From an uncultured Gemmatimonadales bacterium (GTDB lineage Bacteria; Gemmatimonadota; Gemmatimonadetes; Gemmatimonadales; GWC2-71-9): 64,000 nt of DNA. Below, one piece after another: positions 51,844 through 64,000 of the stretch (its first letter is position 1; every line of letters starts with the position of its first letter). The stretch is taken from contig CAVOGR010000005.1 in NCBI GenBank assembly GCA_963695555.1, positions 64,001 through 128,000 on the forward strand, given 5' to 3'. A program made the position numbers and the translations under genes. The notes beneath the pieces are model-generated. The model was not told where the DNA came from. It made no database searches and was given only the letters and a program-made list of their open reading frames with translations.

Positions 51844-52881
51844 ATGAAGTTCCTGAGATTCAATCTGGGCTCGCTCATTCCCGCGAACGAGATCGCGGTC
51901 GATCTCGGGACGGCGAATACCCTCATCTATGTGAAGGGTGAGGGCATCGTCCTCAATGAGCCGTCCGTGGTGGCGCTCGAAAAGGCGACGGGCCAAATCA
52001 AGGGTATCGGCCTCGAAGCCAAGCGGATGCTTGGCCGGACGCCGGACTCCATTTTGGCGGTCCGACCCCTCAAAGACGGCGTCATTGCCGACTTCGATGT
52101 CACGGAGCGGATGCTGCGCTATTTCCTGAAGACCATCATCGACAAGCACTTCTTCAAGATCAAGCCGAAAGTCATCGTGTGCGTCCCGTCGGGTATTACC
52201 GAAGTGGAGCGCCGTGCGGTGCGCGATTCGGCGGAGACGGCGGGGGCCAAGGAAGTCTCCATGGTTGCCGAGCCCATGGCGGCCGCTATCGGGGTCGGAT
52301 TGCCGGTCGACACGCCGACCGGCAACATGGTGATCGACATCGGTGGCGGCACCACCGAGATCGCCGTGATCGCGCTGTCGGGCATCGTGTCGGACACCTC
52401 GATCCGCACCGGTGGCGACGAGATGGACCAGGCCATCGTCCAGTTCATGAGGAAGAACTACAATTTGCTCGTGGGCGAGCCCACCGCCGAAATCATCAAG
52501 ATCAAGATCGGCTCCGCCGCGCCGGTAGGCGAGGAAACCGAGATGCCGGTCAAGGGACGGGACTTGGTGTCCGGTATTCCCAAGACGGTCCGGGTCCACT
52601 CGAGCGAAATTCGGGAAGCCGTGCAGGAGCCGATCCAGCAAATCGTCGACGCAGTCCGGCGGGCGCTAGAGATCACGCCGCCCGAACTGGCGAGCGACAT
52701 CGTCGATCGCGGGATCGTGATGACCGGCGGTGGCGCCCTGATTCGCGGGCTGGATGTGCTCCTGGCCCAGGAAACCGGACTTCCGATTCACATCGACGAA
52801 GACCCGCTCACGTGCGTTGTGCGGGGAACGGGGAGGATTCTGGACGAGTACGAGAAGTACAAGAGCGTCCTCGATAAGTAG
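51844..52881 (+). CDS. mreB: Rod shape-determining protein MreB
   Basis: DLGTANTL; EPMAAAIG; DIGGGTT; TGGGAL. Confidence 0.97.
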   Translation: MKFLRFNLGSLIPANEIAVDLGTANTLIYVKGEGIVLNEPSVVALEKATGQIKGIGLEAKRMLGRTPDSILAVRPLKDGVIADFDVTERMLRYFLKTIIDKHFFKIKPKVIVCVPSGITEVERRAVRDSAETAGAKEVSMVAEPMAAAIGVGLPVDTPTGNMVIDIGGGTTEIAVIALSGIVSDTSIRTGGDEMDQAIVQFMRKNYNLLVGEPTAEIIKIKIGSAAPVGEETEMPVKGRDLVSGIPKTVRVHSSEIREAVQEPIQQIVDAVRRALEITPPELASDIVDRGIVMTGGGALIRGLDVLLAQETGLPIHIDEDPLTCVVRGTGRILDEYEKYKSVLDK

Positions 52882-52882
52882 C

Positions 52883-53734
52883 ATGTCACCTGCGCCGGAT
52901 CGCTCGCACACCAATCGTGACACCACGCTGTTTCTGATCTGCATCATCATCTCCGGGGCCTTCCTCTTTACGCCACCGCCGCAGGCGGACGCGGTCGCCA
53001 CGTTTGTGCGTGGGACCGTCTTGCTTCCGTTGGTGGAGCTGCAACAACGCGCCGAGGAAGGCAAGACGAGCCGGTCCCGCTTCCAGGCCCTGCAGGCCGA
53101 GCGCGACTCCTTGGTTACGGAGGCGCAGGCACTGCCGGTGCTCGAAGCCGAGAATGCCAGGCTTCGCCGACTGTTCAGCCTCCGCGAGCGCTTGGCGACG
53201 CCGTTCGTCGCGGCCGAGGTCCTGCATCAGGCTCAGGTAACGGATGGACTCACGCTGCTCCTGAGCAGCGGGTCGGACGACGGGGTGGCCGAGTACCAAC
53301 CGGTGATTGCCCCGGAAGGGCTGGTCGGCGTGACCCGGGGCGTTGAACGCCGGGCGAGCACGGCCACGACGTGGGCCCATCCCGAGTTCCGCGCCAGCGC
53401 CATCACGAACGATGGTGAAGTGTCAGGGATCGTCGCGCCGTTCTTCCAAGCGTCGACCGGAACCCCGCTGCTCGAGCTTCGCGGTGTGCCGTACCGCGAC
53501 AGCGTCCCGCCTGGCACCCTGGTGCTCACGTCGGGACTGGGCGGGATCTATCCCAAGGGAATCCCGATCGGCACCATTGCAGGGGTGGCACGCGAGTCCG
53601 CCGGATGGGAACGGGTGTATGTGGTGCGACCAATGGTCAATCCGGGCTCGGTGAGCCACGTGTTGATTCTGACCGGTGCGCTGCGCCGGCCCGTTGCGGA
53701 CGCATTCCCGCCTGATTCAGGGCCCGATGACTGA
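52883..53734 (+). CDS. mreC: Rod shape-determining protein MreC
   Basis: TM, coiled coil ENARLRRL, TSGLGGIYPKGIPIG; operon position. Confidence 0.92.
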   Translation: MSPAPDRSHTNRDTTLFLICIIISGAFLFTPPPQADAVATFVRGTVLLPLVELQQRAEEGKTSRSRFQALQAERDSLVTEAQALPVLEAENARLRRLFSLRERLATPFVAAEVLHQAQVTDGLTLLLSSGSDDGVAEYQPVIAPEGLVGVTRGVERRASTATTWAHPEFRASAITNDGEVSGIVAPFFQASTGTPLLELRGVPYRDSVPPGTLVLTSGLGGIYPKGIPIGTIAGVARESAGWERVYVVRPMVNPGSVSHVLILTGALRRPVADAFPPDSGPDD

Positions 53735-54221
53735 CCGCGGCACGCGATACCGTTTCGGCCTGGTCATCCTCATCCTGGTCGGGCTGCATTTCTACCTCCG
53801 GCCGCGGCTCTGGGATGCGCGAATTGCGCCCGATTTTCTCATGCTGGCCCTCATGCTGTATGCCATCCGCACGCGGCCGGGAAATGCTGCCGTGGCCGGG
53901 TTTCTCGTCGGAATCACGGCAGACGCGTTGACCCCGGCCCGCTTTGGCGCAGGCGCGCTGGCTCATACGTTGGTCGGATACCTCGCGGCCTGGGGCAGGG
54001 CCGTTTTCTTCGCCGATAACCTCTTGGTCCATGCCGGATTCATCGGGGCCGGCGTCTGGCTGCGGAATCTGGTCGTGCTGGTATCGAGCGGGGCCAGCGC
54101 GCGCCAGGTGCTGGTGAATCTCGTGACGTGGTCGCCGCTGCAGGCGCTCTCGACCGCCGTGGCCGGCGTGATCATCTTGATCGTCTTCCGAGACTGGCTG
54201 TCCATCCGGCTCGACGAATGA
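53727..54221 (+). CDS. mreD: Rod shape-determining protein MreD
   Basis: Hydrophobic, PDFL...GFLVG...D; between mreC and mrdA. Confidence 0.88.
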   Translation: MTDRGTRYRFGLVILILVGLHFYLRPRLWDARIAPDFLMLALMLYAIRTRPGNAAVAGFLVGITADALTPARFGAGALAHTLVGYLAAWGRAVFFADNLLVHAGFIGAGVWLRNLVVLVSSGASARQVLVNLVTWSPLQALSTAVAGVIILIVFRDWLSIRLDE

Positions 54222-56119
54222 GCGACTTCGATTCCCGTCGACTTCGCGAACGGGCACGCTGGACCCAGTGGGTGCTGGTCGGAGCCTTCGCGATCCTGCT
54301 CGGCGCCTTCTTCCGGTTGCAGGTCATCGAGCACGAGCGCTATCGACTTCGCGCAGAGCACAATCGCATCCGCCCCGTTCCACTGACACCGCCGCGCGGC
54401 CTCATTCTCGATCGACATGGCGAGGTCATTGCCGAGAATGTGCCAGGGTTTGCGGTCAAGCTGCTTGCCTCGTCAGAGGATTCCTTACGGTCGGTATTGC
54501 GGCGTGTCAGGCAGATCGTGGACATCGATAGCAGTCTGGTGGAGCAGGTTGTCAGACGGTTTCGCCGCGCTCCCCACCTGCCGGTCGTCCTGGTGGCCGA
54601 CGGCTCCTTTGAGATGGTCTCGCGACTCGAGGAGCATCGCTCACTCCTGCCGGGGCTCGTCATCGAATCGGAGCCCAAGCGGTGGTACCCCGACGGACCT
54701 GCGGTGGCCCATCTCATCGGGTTCATCGGGGAAGTGAGCGAACGCGATCTCGACCAGGGGCGATACCCAGGGGCCGACCCAGGCACGCTCGTCGGCCGAT
54801 CCGGGTTGGAAGAGGAATACGACCAGCAGCTGCGCGGGCGCCCGGGGGTGCGCTACATCGAAGTGAGCGCCGGGGGCCAGCTGGTTCGCGAGGAGGGGGT
54901 TGCGCCAGCGGTGCCCCCCGTCAGTGGCACTGCCGTGACGACGACCGTGGACCTGGGACTGCAGCGTTTCGTCGATAGTCTGTGGCAGGCGGACCTGCCC
55001 GGCGTGCGCGGCGGGTTGGTGGCACTCACACCGGCGGGAGAAATCCTCGCCCTCTATTCCTCGCCGTCGTTCGATCCCAACATGTTCATCGGCGGGATCT
55101 CGCGCGAGGACTGGCAGGCCCTCCGGGCGGACTCCACTCACCCCCTCATCAATCGCGTCATTCAAGCGCGTTATCCGCCTGCCTCGCCGTTCAAGCTCGC
55201 GATCGCCGCAATGGCGCTCCGCAAGGGCGTGGTCGACTACCGCTCGCGGATGCCACAGCCCTGCCGCGGCGGCATCCAGCTCGGGAATCGCTTCTTTCGC
55301 TGCTGGAAGCGTGAAGGTCACGGCAGCCTGGACCTGGTGGGTGCGATCGAGAAGAGCTGCGACGTGTATTTCTATCAGCTCGGCGCCCGGCTCGGGATCG
55401 ACGCCATCCTGTCCGAGGGAGTGTCCTTGGGATTCCGCGACCGAAGCGGGATCGACCTCCCGGGTGAGATGAGTCCCATCTTTCCCGCGTCGACCGCCTA
55501 CTTCGATCGGGCCTACGGCTCGCGCGGGTGGAGTCGGGCCGGGGCCGAGTTCAATTTCGCGATCGGGCAAGGTGAGAACACGCAGACCCTGATCAACATG
55601 GTCAAGTTCTATCAGGCGCTGGCCGGGAACGGAACAGCGATCCCGCCGCACCTCGTGGGGACGGCAGCCGGCCAGCCCCGTGACCTGGCCCTCGCCCCGG
55701 AAGTCCTCGAGGTCCTCCGGCGCGCCATGCTCCAGGTGGTGGAGACCGGGACCGCCGTCCGGAGCCGTCAAGCAGGCTTGAAGGTGGCCGGGAAGACCGG
55801 AACGGCACAGAATGCCCATGGAGACGACCACGGGTGGTTCGTTGGGTTCGGGCCGGTTGAGCAACCTCAGATCATCGTGGGGGCCATCATGGAGTATGCC
55901 AAGCACGGCTCCTCGGTTGCGCCCTACGTCGTGAAAACCCTTCGGCGCTTCGTGTTGGGACCGGAATCCGCCTCCGGCAAGGATCTCGGCCAGTTGAGCC
56001 AGGAGGCGCCGCAAGACACCGCGCCGCGCTGGGTCCCGATCTCGCCGGACAGCGCCGTCACGCCGCTGCCAACCCTGCCCGCCGAGTCCACCTACGCGCC
56101 GGTGGTGCCGCTGCCATGA
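54218..56119 (+). CDS. mrdA: Penicillin-binding protein 2
   Basis: PRGLILDR; SPFK (SxxK), SCD, KTGTAQ. Confidence 0.94.
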   Translation: MSDFDSRRLRERARWTQWVLVGAFAILLGAFFRLQVIEHERYRLRAEHNRIRPVPLTPPRGLILDRHGEVIAENVPGFAVKLLASSEDSLRSVLRRVRQIVDIDSSLVEQVVRRFRRAPHLPVVLVADGSFEMVSRLEEHRSLLPGLVIESEPKRWYPDGPAVAHLIGFIGEVSERDLDQGRYPGADPGTLVGRSGLEEEYDQQLRGRPGVRYIEVSAGGQLVREEGVAPAVPPVSGTAVTTTVDLGLQRFVDSLWQADLPGVRGGLVALTPAGEILALYSSPSFDPNMFIGGISREDWQALRADSTHPLINRVIQARYPPASPFKLAIAAMALRKGVVDYRSRMPQPCRGGIQLGNRFFRCWKREGHGSLDLVGAIEKSCDVYFYQLGARLGIDAILSEGVSLGFRDRSGIDLPGEMSPIFPASTAYFDRAYGSRGWSRAGAEFNFAIGQGENTQTLINMVKFYQALAGNGTAIPPHLVGTAAGQPRDLALAPEVLEVLRRAMLQVVETGTAVRSRQAGLKVAGKTGTAQNAHGDDHGWFVGFGPVEQPQIIVGAIMEYAKHGSSVAPYVVKTLRRFVLGPESASGKDLGQLSQEAPQDTAPRWVPISPDSAVTPLPTLPAESTYAPVVPLP

Positions 56120-57357
56120 GAACCGTGGGACTCGATCGTCCGCTCATCCTCACCAGCACGCTCCTGCTGGCGTTCGGTCTGACGATCCTCTACTCAGCCG
56201 GGCAAACCGATGTGTCGAGCCTCGCGTCAGGTGCCTGGCAGCGCCAACTGGCCTGGGCACTCATTGGCTTGGGAGCCGGTGCGGCGATCTTCCGCGTTTC
56301 GTTTCGGGTGCTCGAGTGGAGCGCTCCTGCGCTCTACGGCCTCGCGGTCTTCTTGCTCGTGCTGGTCCTGATCATTGGCACCGGTGCGGGGACCGCTGCC
56401 GGCAGCAAGAGCTGGCTGACGATTGGCGGATACCGACTCGGGCAGCCCGCCGAGTTCGCCAAGCTTGCAGCCGTCATCATGCTAGCCAAATACCTGGCCG
56501 GCCTGCGCGACCCGCCCGAGTCTCTGCGTGGACTGGTCACCCCATGTCTCATCGCGGGAGTGCCGTTCCTCCTCGTGCTCCGGCAACCGGATCTCGGGAG
56601 CGCCATGGTCTTTGGCGGCATCCTGCTCGCGATGTTGTACTGGAGGGGGACCCGGCCGTGGCTCCTGGTCCTCCTCCTTTCACCCGTAGTCAGCCTGCTG
56701 TCCGCATTCAATGCAATGGTCTGGGGCGTCTGGATGGTGCTGTTGGCCATCCTCCTGCTGATCTGGCGGCCATACCTGGTCGAGGGTATCACGGTCTACG
56801 TCATCAACATGGCCATGGGTGCCATCGCCATCCCAATCTGGAAACGGCTCGCGCCCTATCAACAGAACCGCTTGCTTACCTTCCTCAATCCCGAGGTCGA
56901 TCCCACGGCGGCAGGATACCACGCGATCCAGTCCAAGGTGGCCATCGGGTCCGGCGGCTGGCTGGGCAACGGCTTCCTCCAAGGACCGCAGAAGCGGCTG
57001 GCCTTCCTGCCGGAGCAGCACACCGATTTCATCTTTCCCGTCCTCGGAGAGGAACTCGGCTTCCTCGGCGTCGCGGCGGCTCTTGCCCTGTTCTTCCTGT
57101 TCTTTCTGGTGATCCTGCGAATCGCACGTCGTTCCCCGGACCCGTTCTCGAGCCTCGTGGCGTTCGGGCTACTCGGCCTCTATTTCACCCACGTCTTCGA
57201 GAACGTCGGCATGACGGCCAACATCATGCCCATCACGGGTATCCCGCTGCCGTTCTTTTCCTATGGCGGCTCGTTCCTGCTGGTGACGTTCATGGCGCTC
57301 GGCCTCCTCCTTCGGGTCGCCTGGGACTCCCAGCTTGGTGGGTATCTCGATATTTAG
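56116..57357 (+). CDS. rodA: Rod shape-determining protein RodA
   Basis: QPAEFAK; QPDLGSA; LPEQHTDFIF; TGIPLPFFSYGGS. Confidence 0.95.
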   Translation: MRTVGLDRPLILTSTLLLAFGLTILYSAGQTDVSSLASGAWQRQLAWALIGLGAGAAIFRVSFRVLEWSAPALYGLAVFLLVLVLIIGTGAGTAAGSKSWLTIGGYRLGQPAEFAKLAAVIMLAKYLAGLRDPPESLRGLVTPCLIAGVPFLLVLRQPDLGSAMVFGGILLAMLYWRGTRPWLLVLLLSPVVSLLSAFNAMVWGVWMVLLAILLLIWRPYLVEGITVYVINMAMGAIAIPIWKRLAPYQQNRLLTFLNPEVDPTAAGYHAIQSKVAIGSGGWLGNGFLQGPQKRLAFLPEQHTDFIFPVLGEELGFLGVAAALALFFLFFLVILRIARRSPDPFSSLVAFGLLGLYFTHVFENVGMTANIMPITGIPLPFFSYGGSFLLVTFMALGLLLRVAWDSQLGGYLDI

Positions 57358-57476
57358 CAAGGACTTACAGATCTAGGCCTGGCGCAGAACCGCTTCCGAC
57401 CCAAGATTGTACGGGTGCCCGTGCCCCCTCTCGGTAGGACCCAACCCCCTCTTCCAGCCATGAGCCCATGCCAGTG

Positions 57477-58343
57477 ATGGCCTGGTTTAAGAAGGAACGG
57501 AAGCCTCGACCTGCTCAGCGGCAGCGTCGCGAGATCCCGCCCGATGCGTGGGAGAAATGCGAGAAGTGCGGCCACGTTGACATTCGGGAACGCTTCGACC
57601 GGAGCCTCAATGTCTGTCCGGAATGTGGCCACCACCGCCGCCTGTCAGCCGAAGAGTATATCGACCTGCTGGCCGATGAGGGCTCATGGCGCGAGCGATA
57701 CGACAAGCTCCGGTCCACCGATCCCTTGGGGTTCGAGAACTACCGCGATCGGCTCAACACCGCCTACGCAAAGGTGGGTCACTCCGAGGCTGTGTACACC
57801 GGGCTGTGCCGGATCGATGGGATGCCCTGCAATCTGGCCGTGATGAACTTTCGCTTCATGGGCGGGTCCATGGGCTCGGTGGTTGGGGAGAAGATCGCAC
57901 GCCTGACTCGCCACGCCGCGGAAAAGAAGCGACCGCTGATCATCGTTTCGACTTCGGGCGGTGCGCGCATGCAGGAAGGCGTTCTCTCGCTGATGCAGAT
58001 GGCCAAGACGTCGGCCGCCATCGCCGAATTGAATGCCCTCGCCGTCCCCTTCATTTCCATCCTGACCAATCCGACCACAGGGGGTGTCTCCGCCTCCTTC
58101 GCGATGCAGGGAGACGTGATTGTCGCAGAGCCGGGCGCCGTGATCGGCTTTGCCGGTCCTCGGGTCATCAAGCAGACCATCGGACAAGACCTACCCGAGG
58201 GATTTCAGACCGCGGAATTTCTCCTGGAGCATGGGCAAATCGATCAGGTCATTGCCCGCGGCTCACTCAGGGACACCACGGCCCGACTCCTGCGTCACAT
58301 GCAGCGCGTCCCGCCGCGTGACGAGCCGACCGACGTCGTTTGA
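57477..58343 (+). CDS. accD: Acetyl-CoA carboxylase carboxyltransferase beta
   Basis: Zn finger CEKC...CPEC; FMGGSMGSVVGEK; SGGARMQEG; GFAGPRVI. Confidence 0.96.
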   Translation: MAWFKKERKPRPAQRQRREIPPDAWEKCEKCGHVDIRERFDRSLNVCPECGHHRRLSAEEYIDLLADEGSWRERYDKLRSTDPLGFENYRDRLNTAYAKVGHSEAVYTGLCRIDGMPCNLAVMNFRFMGGSMGSVVGEKIARLTRHAAEKKRPLIIVSTSGGARMQEGVLSLMQMAKTSAAIAELNALAVPFISILTNPTTGGVSASFAMQGDVIVAEPGAVIGFAGPRVIKQTIGQDLPEGFQTAEFLLEHGQIDQVIARGSLRDTTARLLRHMQRVPPRDEPTDVV

Positions 58344-58386
58344 TCGCTCGGGTGCTCGCCCGGCCACCCTCGCCGCTCCATCCTTC

Positions 58387-59628
58387 ATGCCGCTCACCTA
58401 CGATGACGCGCTGGCGTTCCTGTTCCCGCGTACCACCACCATCAAGTTCGGGCTCGACACCACCCGGGCCTTGCTGGACGGGCTTGGGAACCCGCAGAAC
58501 CAGTTCGTCTCCCTGCACATCGGGGGAACCAACGGGAAAGGGAGCGTCGCTGCCCTCGTCGCCTCGGCACTCCGTGAGGCCGGTTGGACGGTGGGACTCT
58601 ACACTTCCCCTCATCTCTGTTCCTTCCGCGAGCGAATCGTCGTTGATGGAATTCCCATCAGCGAATCGGCAGTGGCCATGTGGACCGAGCGGCTCCAGCC
58701 GGAGCTGATCCGACGAGAAGCAACGTTTTTCGAGACGACGAGTGTCATCGCCTTTGCCGACTTCGCCGCGCGCGGCGCCGAGATAGGCGTCGTGGAGGTC
58801 GGATTGGGCGGCCGGCTCGACAGCACCAACGTGCTGGCCCCCCTCGTGAGCGGCATCACCCGCATCGCGCGGGATCACATGAAATACCTGGGCGACAGCC
58901 TGGCGGACATCGCTCGTGAGAAGGCCGGCATCGCGAAGCCCGGCGTTCCATTCATCGTGGGTGAGGAAGACCCGGCTGTCGTCGCTGTGCTGTGCGAGGA
59001 GGCCCGGCGCGCGGTCGAGGCGGCGTCCGCCGGCGCCAGGGCGGATATCCGCGTCATCCCACCGGACCGGCGCTGGGGGGGTGCGCTTGGCCTGGCCGGC
59101 GAGCATCAGCGGCGTAACGCGGTTGTGGCGGAGGCCATGCTGGCGGCGCTCCCGGCCCCATACCGCCCCTCTCCCGGTCACGTTGGACGCGGGTTCGCCA
59201 CGACGCGGCTCCCTGGGCGGCTTCAACATCATGGGAAGTGGCTGTTCGATGTCGCACACAATCCCAATGGGGTCGAGACGCTGGTGGCCGCCATCGGGTC
59301 ACTCGAGCCGCCGCGCCCGCTCAACGCGCTGGTATCGATCCTGGGCGACAAGGAGTGGGCCGAGATGCTAATCATGCTCGACACGGTCATCGACCGGGGC
59401 GTCCTTACGATGGCCCCGACTGCCGCGGCTCGGGGTTGGAGTGTGGACTGGCTCGATCGGTGGCTTGCCGACCAGACCCGCCCGCCCGCCCGGGCCAGTT
59501 GGAGGCTCATTCCGGACTTCGAGGAAGCCGTGCGGGAGGTCCAGCGTGATGCCCGGACCGTGCTGGTCACAGGGTCCTTCCACACGGTCGGGGACGTGAT
59601 GAACGTGCTGGGACTCGCCCCACTCTGA
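58387..59628 (+). CDS. folC: Folylpolyglutamate synthase/dihydrofolate synthase
   Basis: GTNGKGS; YTSPHL..FRERI; EVGLGGRLDSTN; DVAHNP. Confidence 0.94.
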   Translation: MPLTYDDALAFLFPRTTTIKFGLDTTRALLDGLGNPQNQFVSLHIGGTNGKGSVAALVASALREAGWTVGLYTSPHLCSFRERIVVDGIPISESAVAMWTERLQPELIRREATFFETTSVIAFADFAARGAEIGVVEVGLGGRLDSTNVLAPLVSGITRIARDHMKYLGDSLADIAREKAGIAKPGVPFIVGEEDPAVVAVLCEEARRAVEAASAGARADIRVIPPDRRWGGALGLAGEHQRRNAVVAEAMLAALPAPYRPSPGHVGRGFATTRLPGRLQHHGKWLFDVAHNPNGVETLVAAIGSLEPPRPLNALVSILGDKEWAEMLIMLDTVIDRGVLTMAPTAAARGWSVDWLDRWLADQTRPPARASWRLIPDFEEAVREVQRDARTVLVTGSFHTVGDVMNVLGLAPL

Positions 59629-59728
59629 CGCGGGGCCCCCCACCATGGGGTGAATGCGCGATCCCGCCGTCGTTTTCTGACGCTCGGCAGGATGGAGGTG
59701 GGCAGCGGGGGATGCTATCTTCCCCGGC

Positions 59729-61027
59729 ATGTCATTTCAGGCCCTGCCGGGCTTTCGCGATTTTTACCCCGATGCCATGGCCCTGCGCTCTCACATCTTC
59801 GCCACCTGGCGGAGGGTGGCGGCGAGCTATGGGTTCGAGGAGTTCGACGGCCCGCCCTTGGAGCCGCTCGAACTTTTCACGGCCAAGAGCGGCCAGGAAA
59901 TCGTCGATCAGCTCTACGCCTTCGAGGATAAGGGCGGGAGGGCCGTTGCACTCCGTCCCGAGATGACACCCACCCTGGCACGGATGGTGGGTGCGCGCGG
60001 GAACGCCCTCAAGAAGCCGATCCGATGGTTTGCGATTTCCCAGCTGTTCCGCTACGAGCGCCAACAGCGCGGCCGGCTGCGCGAGCATTTTCAGCTCAAC
60101 TGCGATATCCTCGGTGAGACGGGCCCCGCTGCCGATGCGGAGATCATCGCGCTTGCGCTCGATGCCATGCGGGCGTTCGGATTGACGTCGGCCGACGTCC
60201 GGGCCCGCATCTCGGATCGTCGAGTGCTCGAGGCCTTGCTCCGCGGTGCAGGCATTGCCGACGACCGGATGCCCGCCGCGTTTCAGGCGATCGACAAGGT
60301 CGAACGGATGAGCCGTCCGCGCCTGACCGCGATGCTGACGGAGCACGGGCATGCGCCGAAGGACATCGAGGCCATCTTTCAGGTCGCAGAGCTTCGTACG
60401 TGGGATGCTCTCGCGGAGGCGTTGGATCGTGTTTCGGGGGGCGAGGACGTGGGTCGCCCGCTCCGTACGGTCATGGACGCCCTGGAAGCCATGGGGCTTG
60501 GGTCGTTTGTGGACCTGGATCTGTCGATCGTGCGAGGGCTCGACTACTACACCGGTATCGTCTTTGAATTGTTCGATGCGGGGAAGACGTTCCGGGCCAT
60601 TTGTGGAGGCGGCCGCTACGACACCTTGCTGAAAGCGCTGGGCGGCACCGACCTTCCCGCACTCGGGTTCGGCATGGGTGACGTTGTGCTCGGAGACCTC
60701 TTGGCTGACCGTGGCTTGGTGCCTCCGCCCACCCCCAGCATCGACGTGTTCGTCGCCGGGGCGACTGATGAAGATCTGTCGGATCTCCTCGGGTTGGTCC
60801 ACGCGCTGCGTGACCGTGGTATCCGGGTCGAGTACAGCTTCAGGGGGGCGAGTCTCGGCAAGCAGCTCGGCCTCGCGGCATCACGGGGAGCGAGACTCGC
60901 GGTCGTCATCGGGCCGGATGACCGGGCACGGGGCGAAGTCGTGATCAAGAACCTGACGGACGGCTCCCAGCGCTCGGTAGCTCGTGCCGCCGCGGTGGAC
61001 GAACTCGCCAGCCTGCTCGCCGGATGA
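59729..61027 (+). CDS. hisS: Histidine--tRNA ligase
   Basis: LRPEMT; FRYERQQRGRLREHFQ; RGLDYYTG; GGGRYD. Confidence 0.96.
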   Translation: MSFQALPGFRDFYPDAMALRSHIFATWRRVAASYGFEEFDGPPLEPLELFTAKSGQEIVDQLYAFEDKGGRAVALRPEMTPTLARMVGARGNALKKPIRWFAISQLFRYERQQRGRLREHFQLNCDILGETGPAADAEIIALALDAMRAFGLTSADVRARISDRRVLEALLRGAGIADDRMPAAFQAIDKVERMSRPRLTAMLTEHGHAPKDIEAIFQVAELRTWDALAEALDRVSGGEDVGRPLRTVMDALEAMGLGSFVDLDLSIVRGLDYYTGIVFELFDAGKTFRAICGGGRYDTLLKALGGTDLPALGFGMGDVVLGDLLADRGLVPPPTPSIDVFVAGATDEDLSDLLGLVHALRDRGIRVEYSFRGASLGKQLGLAASRGARLAVVIGPDDRARGEVVIKNLTDGSQRSVARAAAVDELASLLAG

Positions 61028-61080
61028 ACACTCGCCGACCGAAGCCGGGCCTCGCCACATCACCTCTTTCGCGGATCTGA

Positions 61081-62544
<1,464 letters not shown>

Positions 62545-62545
<1 letters not shown>

Positions 62546-63858
62546 TGGGCAGGGCGGAGGCGATCTCGACGGTCGACGAGGGGATCTTGATGGCTGCCGC
62601 CGGACTGTCTCGGGCGGACGGCGTACTCGTCATGGGAGGGGTGTCGCTTAGCCAGATTGCGGAGACGGTCGGGACTCCGGCGTACGTCTACAATGCCGAG
62701 GCGATCCGCGAGCGCTACCGGCAACTGACCGATGCCTTTCAGGGGGTTCCGCACCGGGTGTGCTACGCCGTCAAGGCCAATAGCTCGTTGGCTGTCCTCG
62801 GACTCATGCGCGAGTTGGGAGCCGGAGCCGACCTGGTGTCGGCGGGCGAGATGCACCGGGCTCTCGCTGCCGGATTCTCTCCAGAAACATTGGTGTTCAG
62901 CGGCGTCGGGAAGACCACGCTGGAGCTTCGCCAGGCCATCGAGGCAGGGGTCGGCCAAATCAATGTCGAATCCCAGGAGGAACTCGCTCGCCTGGGGCGT
63001 ATTGCTGAAGAGTTGAGACGGCCCGTCTCGCTGGGCCTCCGGGTGAATCCTGACATTGCCACGGCCACCCACCCATACATCGCAACGGGCGACTCGGGTG
63101 CGAAGTTCGGGATTCCCCAAGGTCAAGTTCCGGCTGCCGGGGAGTACATCAATCGCCACCCCCAGCTCACCCTCTCCTGCCTCGCCATGCATCTCGGCAG
63201 CCAGTTGGTCGAGGTAGCACCCTACGTGCGCGGCGTGACGACCCTTCTCGAACTGAACGATGCACTTCGCCGTGATGGCATCGATACGGTCACCGTGCTC
63301 GACATCGGCGGCGGGTTCGGAATTCCGTACGATGGTGGACCGGGGATCGACATTCGGGCCGTGGGTGAGGCAGTGCGGGCGCTGCTCGCCACCACCGCGT
63401 TCGAGGTCATGATCGAACCCGGACGATTCCTGGTCGGCAACGCGGGCGTGCTCCTAGCCGAGGTGCAATACCGCAAGCGGGTGGGCAGCAAGACGTTCCT
63501 CGTGCTCGACAGTGGGATGAACGACCTGCTTCGTCCGGCCCTCTATCGGGCCTACCACCATGTAGTCGAGCTGGAAGCCCATGCGCGAGCAGAGGAAGAC
63601 GTGGACGTGGTCGGACCCGCCTGCGAGACCGGAGATTTCCTGGCGCTCGGCCGACGCTTGCCCATGATCGAGGCGGGAGAACGTCTCGCGGTGCTTGGAA
63701 CCGGTGCCTACGGCTTCGTCATGAGCTCGAACTACAACACGAGACCACGAGCCGCCGAGGTGCTGGTGGACGGTGACCGGTTCGGCATCGCTCGGCGACG
63801 GGAGTCCGTGGCCGACCTGCTCCGTGGCGAGACCGTCGATCCACTGTCGCCTGCATAA
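62545..63858 (+). CDS. lysA: Diaminopimelate decarboxylase
   Basis: [39 protein letters not shown]. Confidence 0.96.
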
Positions 63859-63886
63859 CTACGCAGCCCCAAAGAGCACCACACAC

Positions 63887-64000
63887 ATGAGCCTGCGCCA
63901 CAACGGCATTCTGATCATCGACTTCGGGTCCCAGTACACCCAACTGATCGCGCGCCGCGTGCGCGAGGCCCACGTCTATTCGGAGATCCATCCGCCGACC
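63887..64000 (+). CDS. guaA: GMP synthase (glutamine-hydrolysing), 5' part only
   Basis: [27 protein letters not shown]. Confidence 0.92.
   Translation, partial: MSLRHNGILIIDFGSQYTQLIARRVREAHVYSEIHPPT

Overview
GC-rich bacterial chromosome segment. Gene content and protein style suggest Gemmatimonadota, but this is an inference. Left part (1-27 kb) is largely accessory: the 3' end of recN, a TonB remnant, two tandem nucleotidyltransferase toxin-antitoxin-like pairs, a GCS2-ligase-CBS / AstE-AspA hydrolase pair, an outer-membrane protein and tRNA-Leu(TAA). An exact 22-bp duplication of the tRNA 3' end (9231-9252 and 19927-19948) delimits a ~10.7 kb integrase-less island. The island encodes a small Cys-repeat protein, a HydABC/NuoEFG-like (Bfu-type) flavo-FeS module with no hydrogenase or formate dehydrogenase catalytic domain, a stand-alone FMN-binding glutamate-synthase-family protein, and a sigma54 two-component system. 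This is the best candidate for an undescribed system. It is followed by iorAB-like genes, secreted proteins, ppk2 and pilin-like genes. Right part (27-64 kb) is conserved housekeeping: tyrA-aroA-cmk-rpsA, acyl-CoA carboxylase genes, rplM-rpsI-rpsB-tsf-pyrH-frr-uppS-cdsA-dxr-rseP, rpsO-pnp, ald, dut, mreBCD-mrdA-rodA, accD-folC-hisS-proS-lysA-guaA. Many single-base frameshifts, including in essential proS, look like assembly or long-read errors rather than true pseudogenes. All protein calls come from motif recognition by eye; no searches were run.
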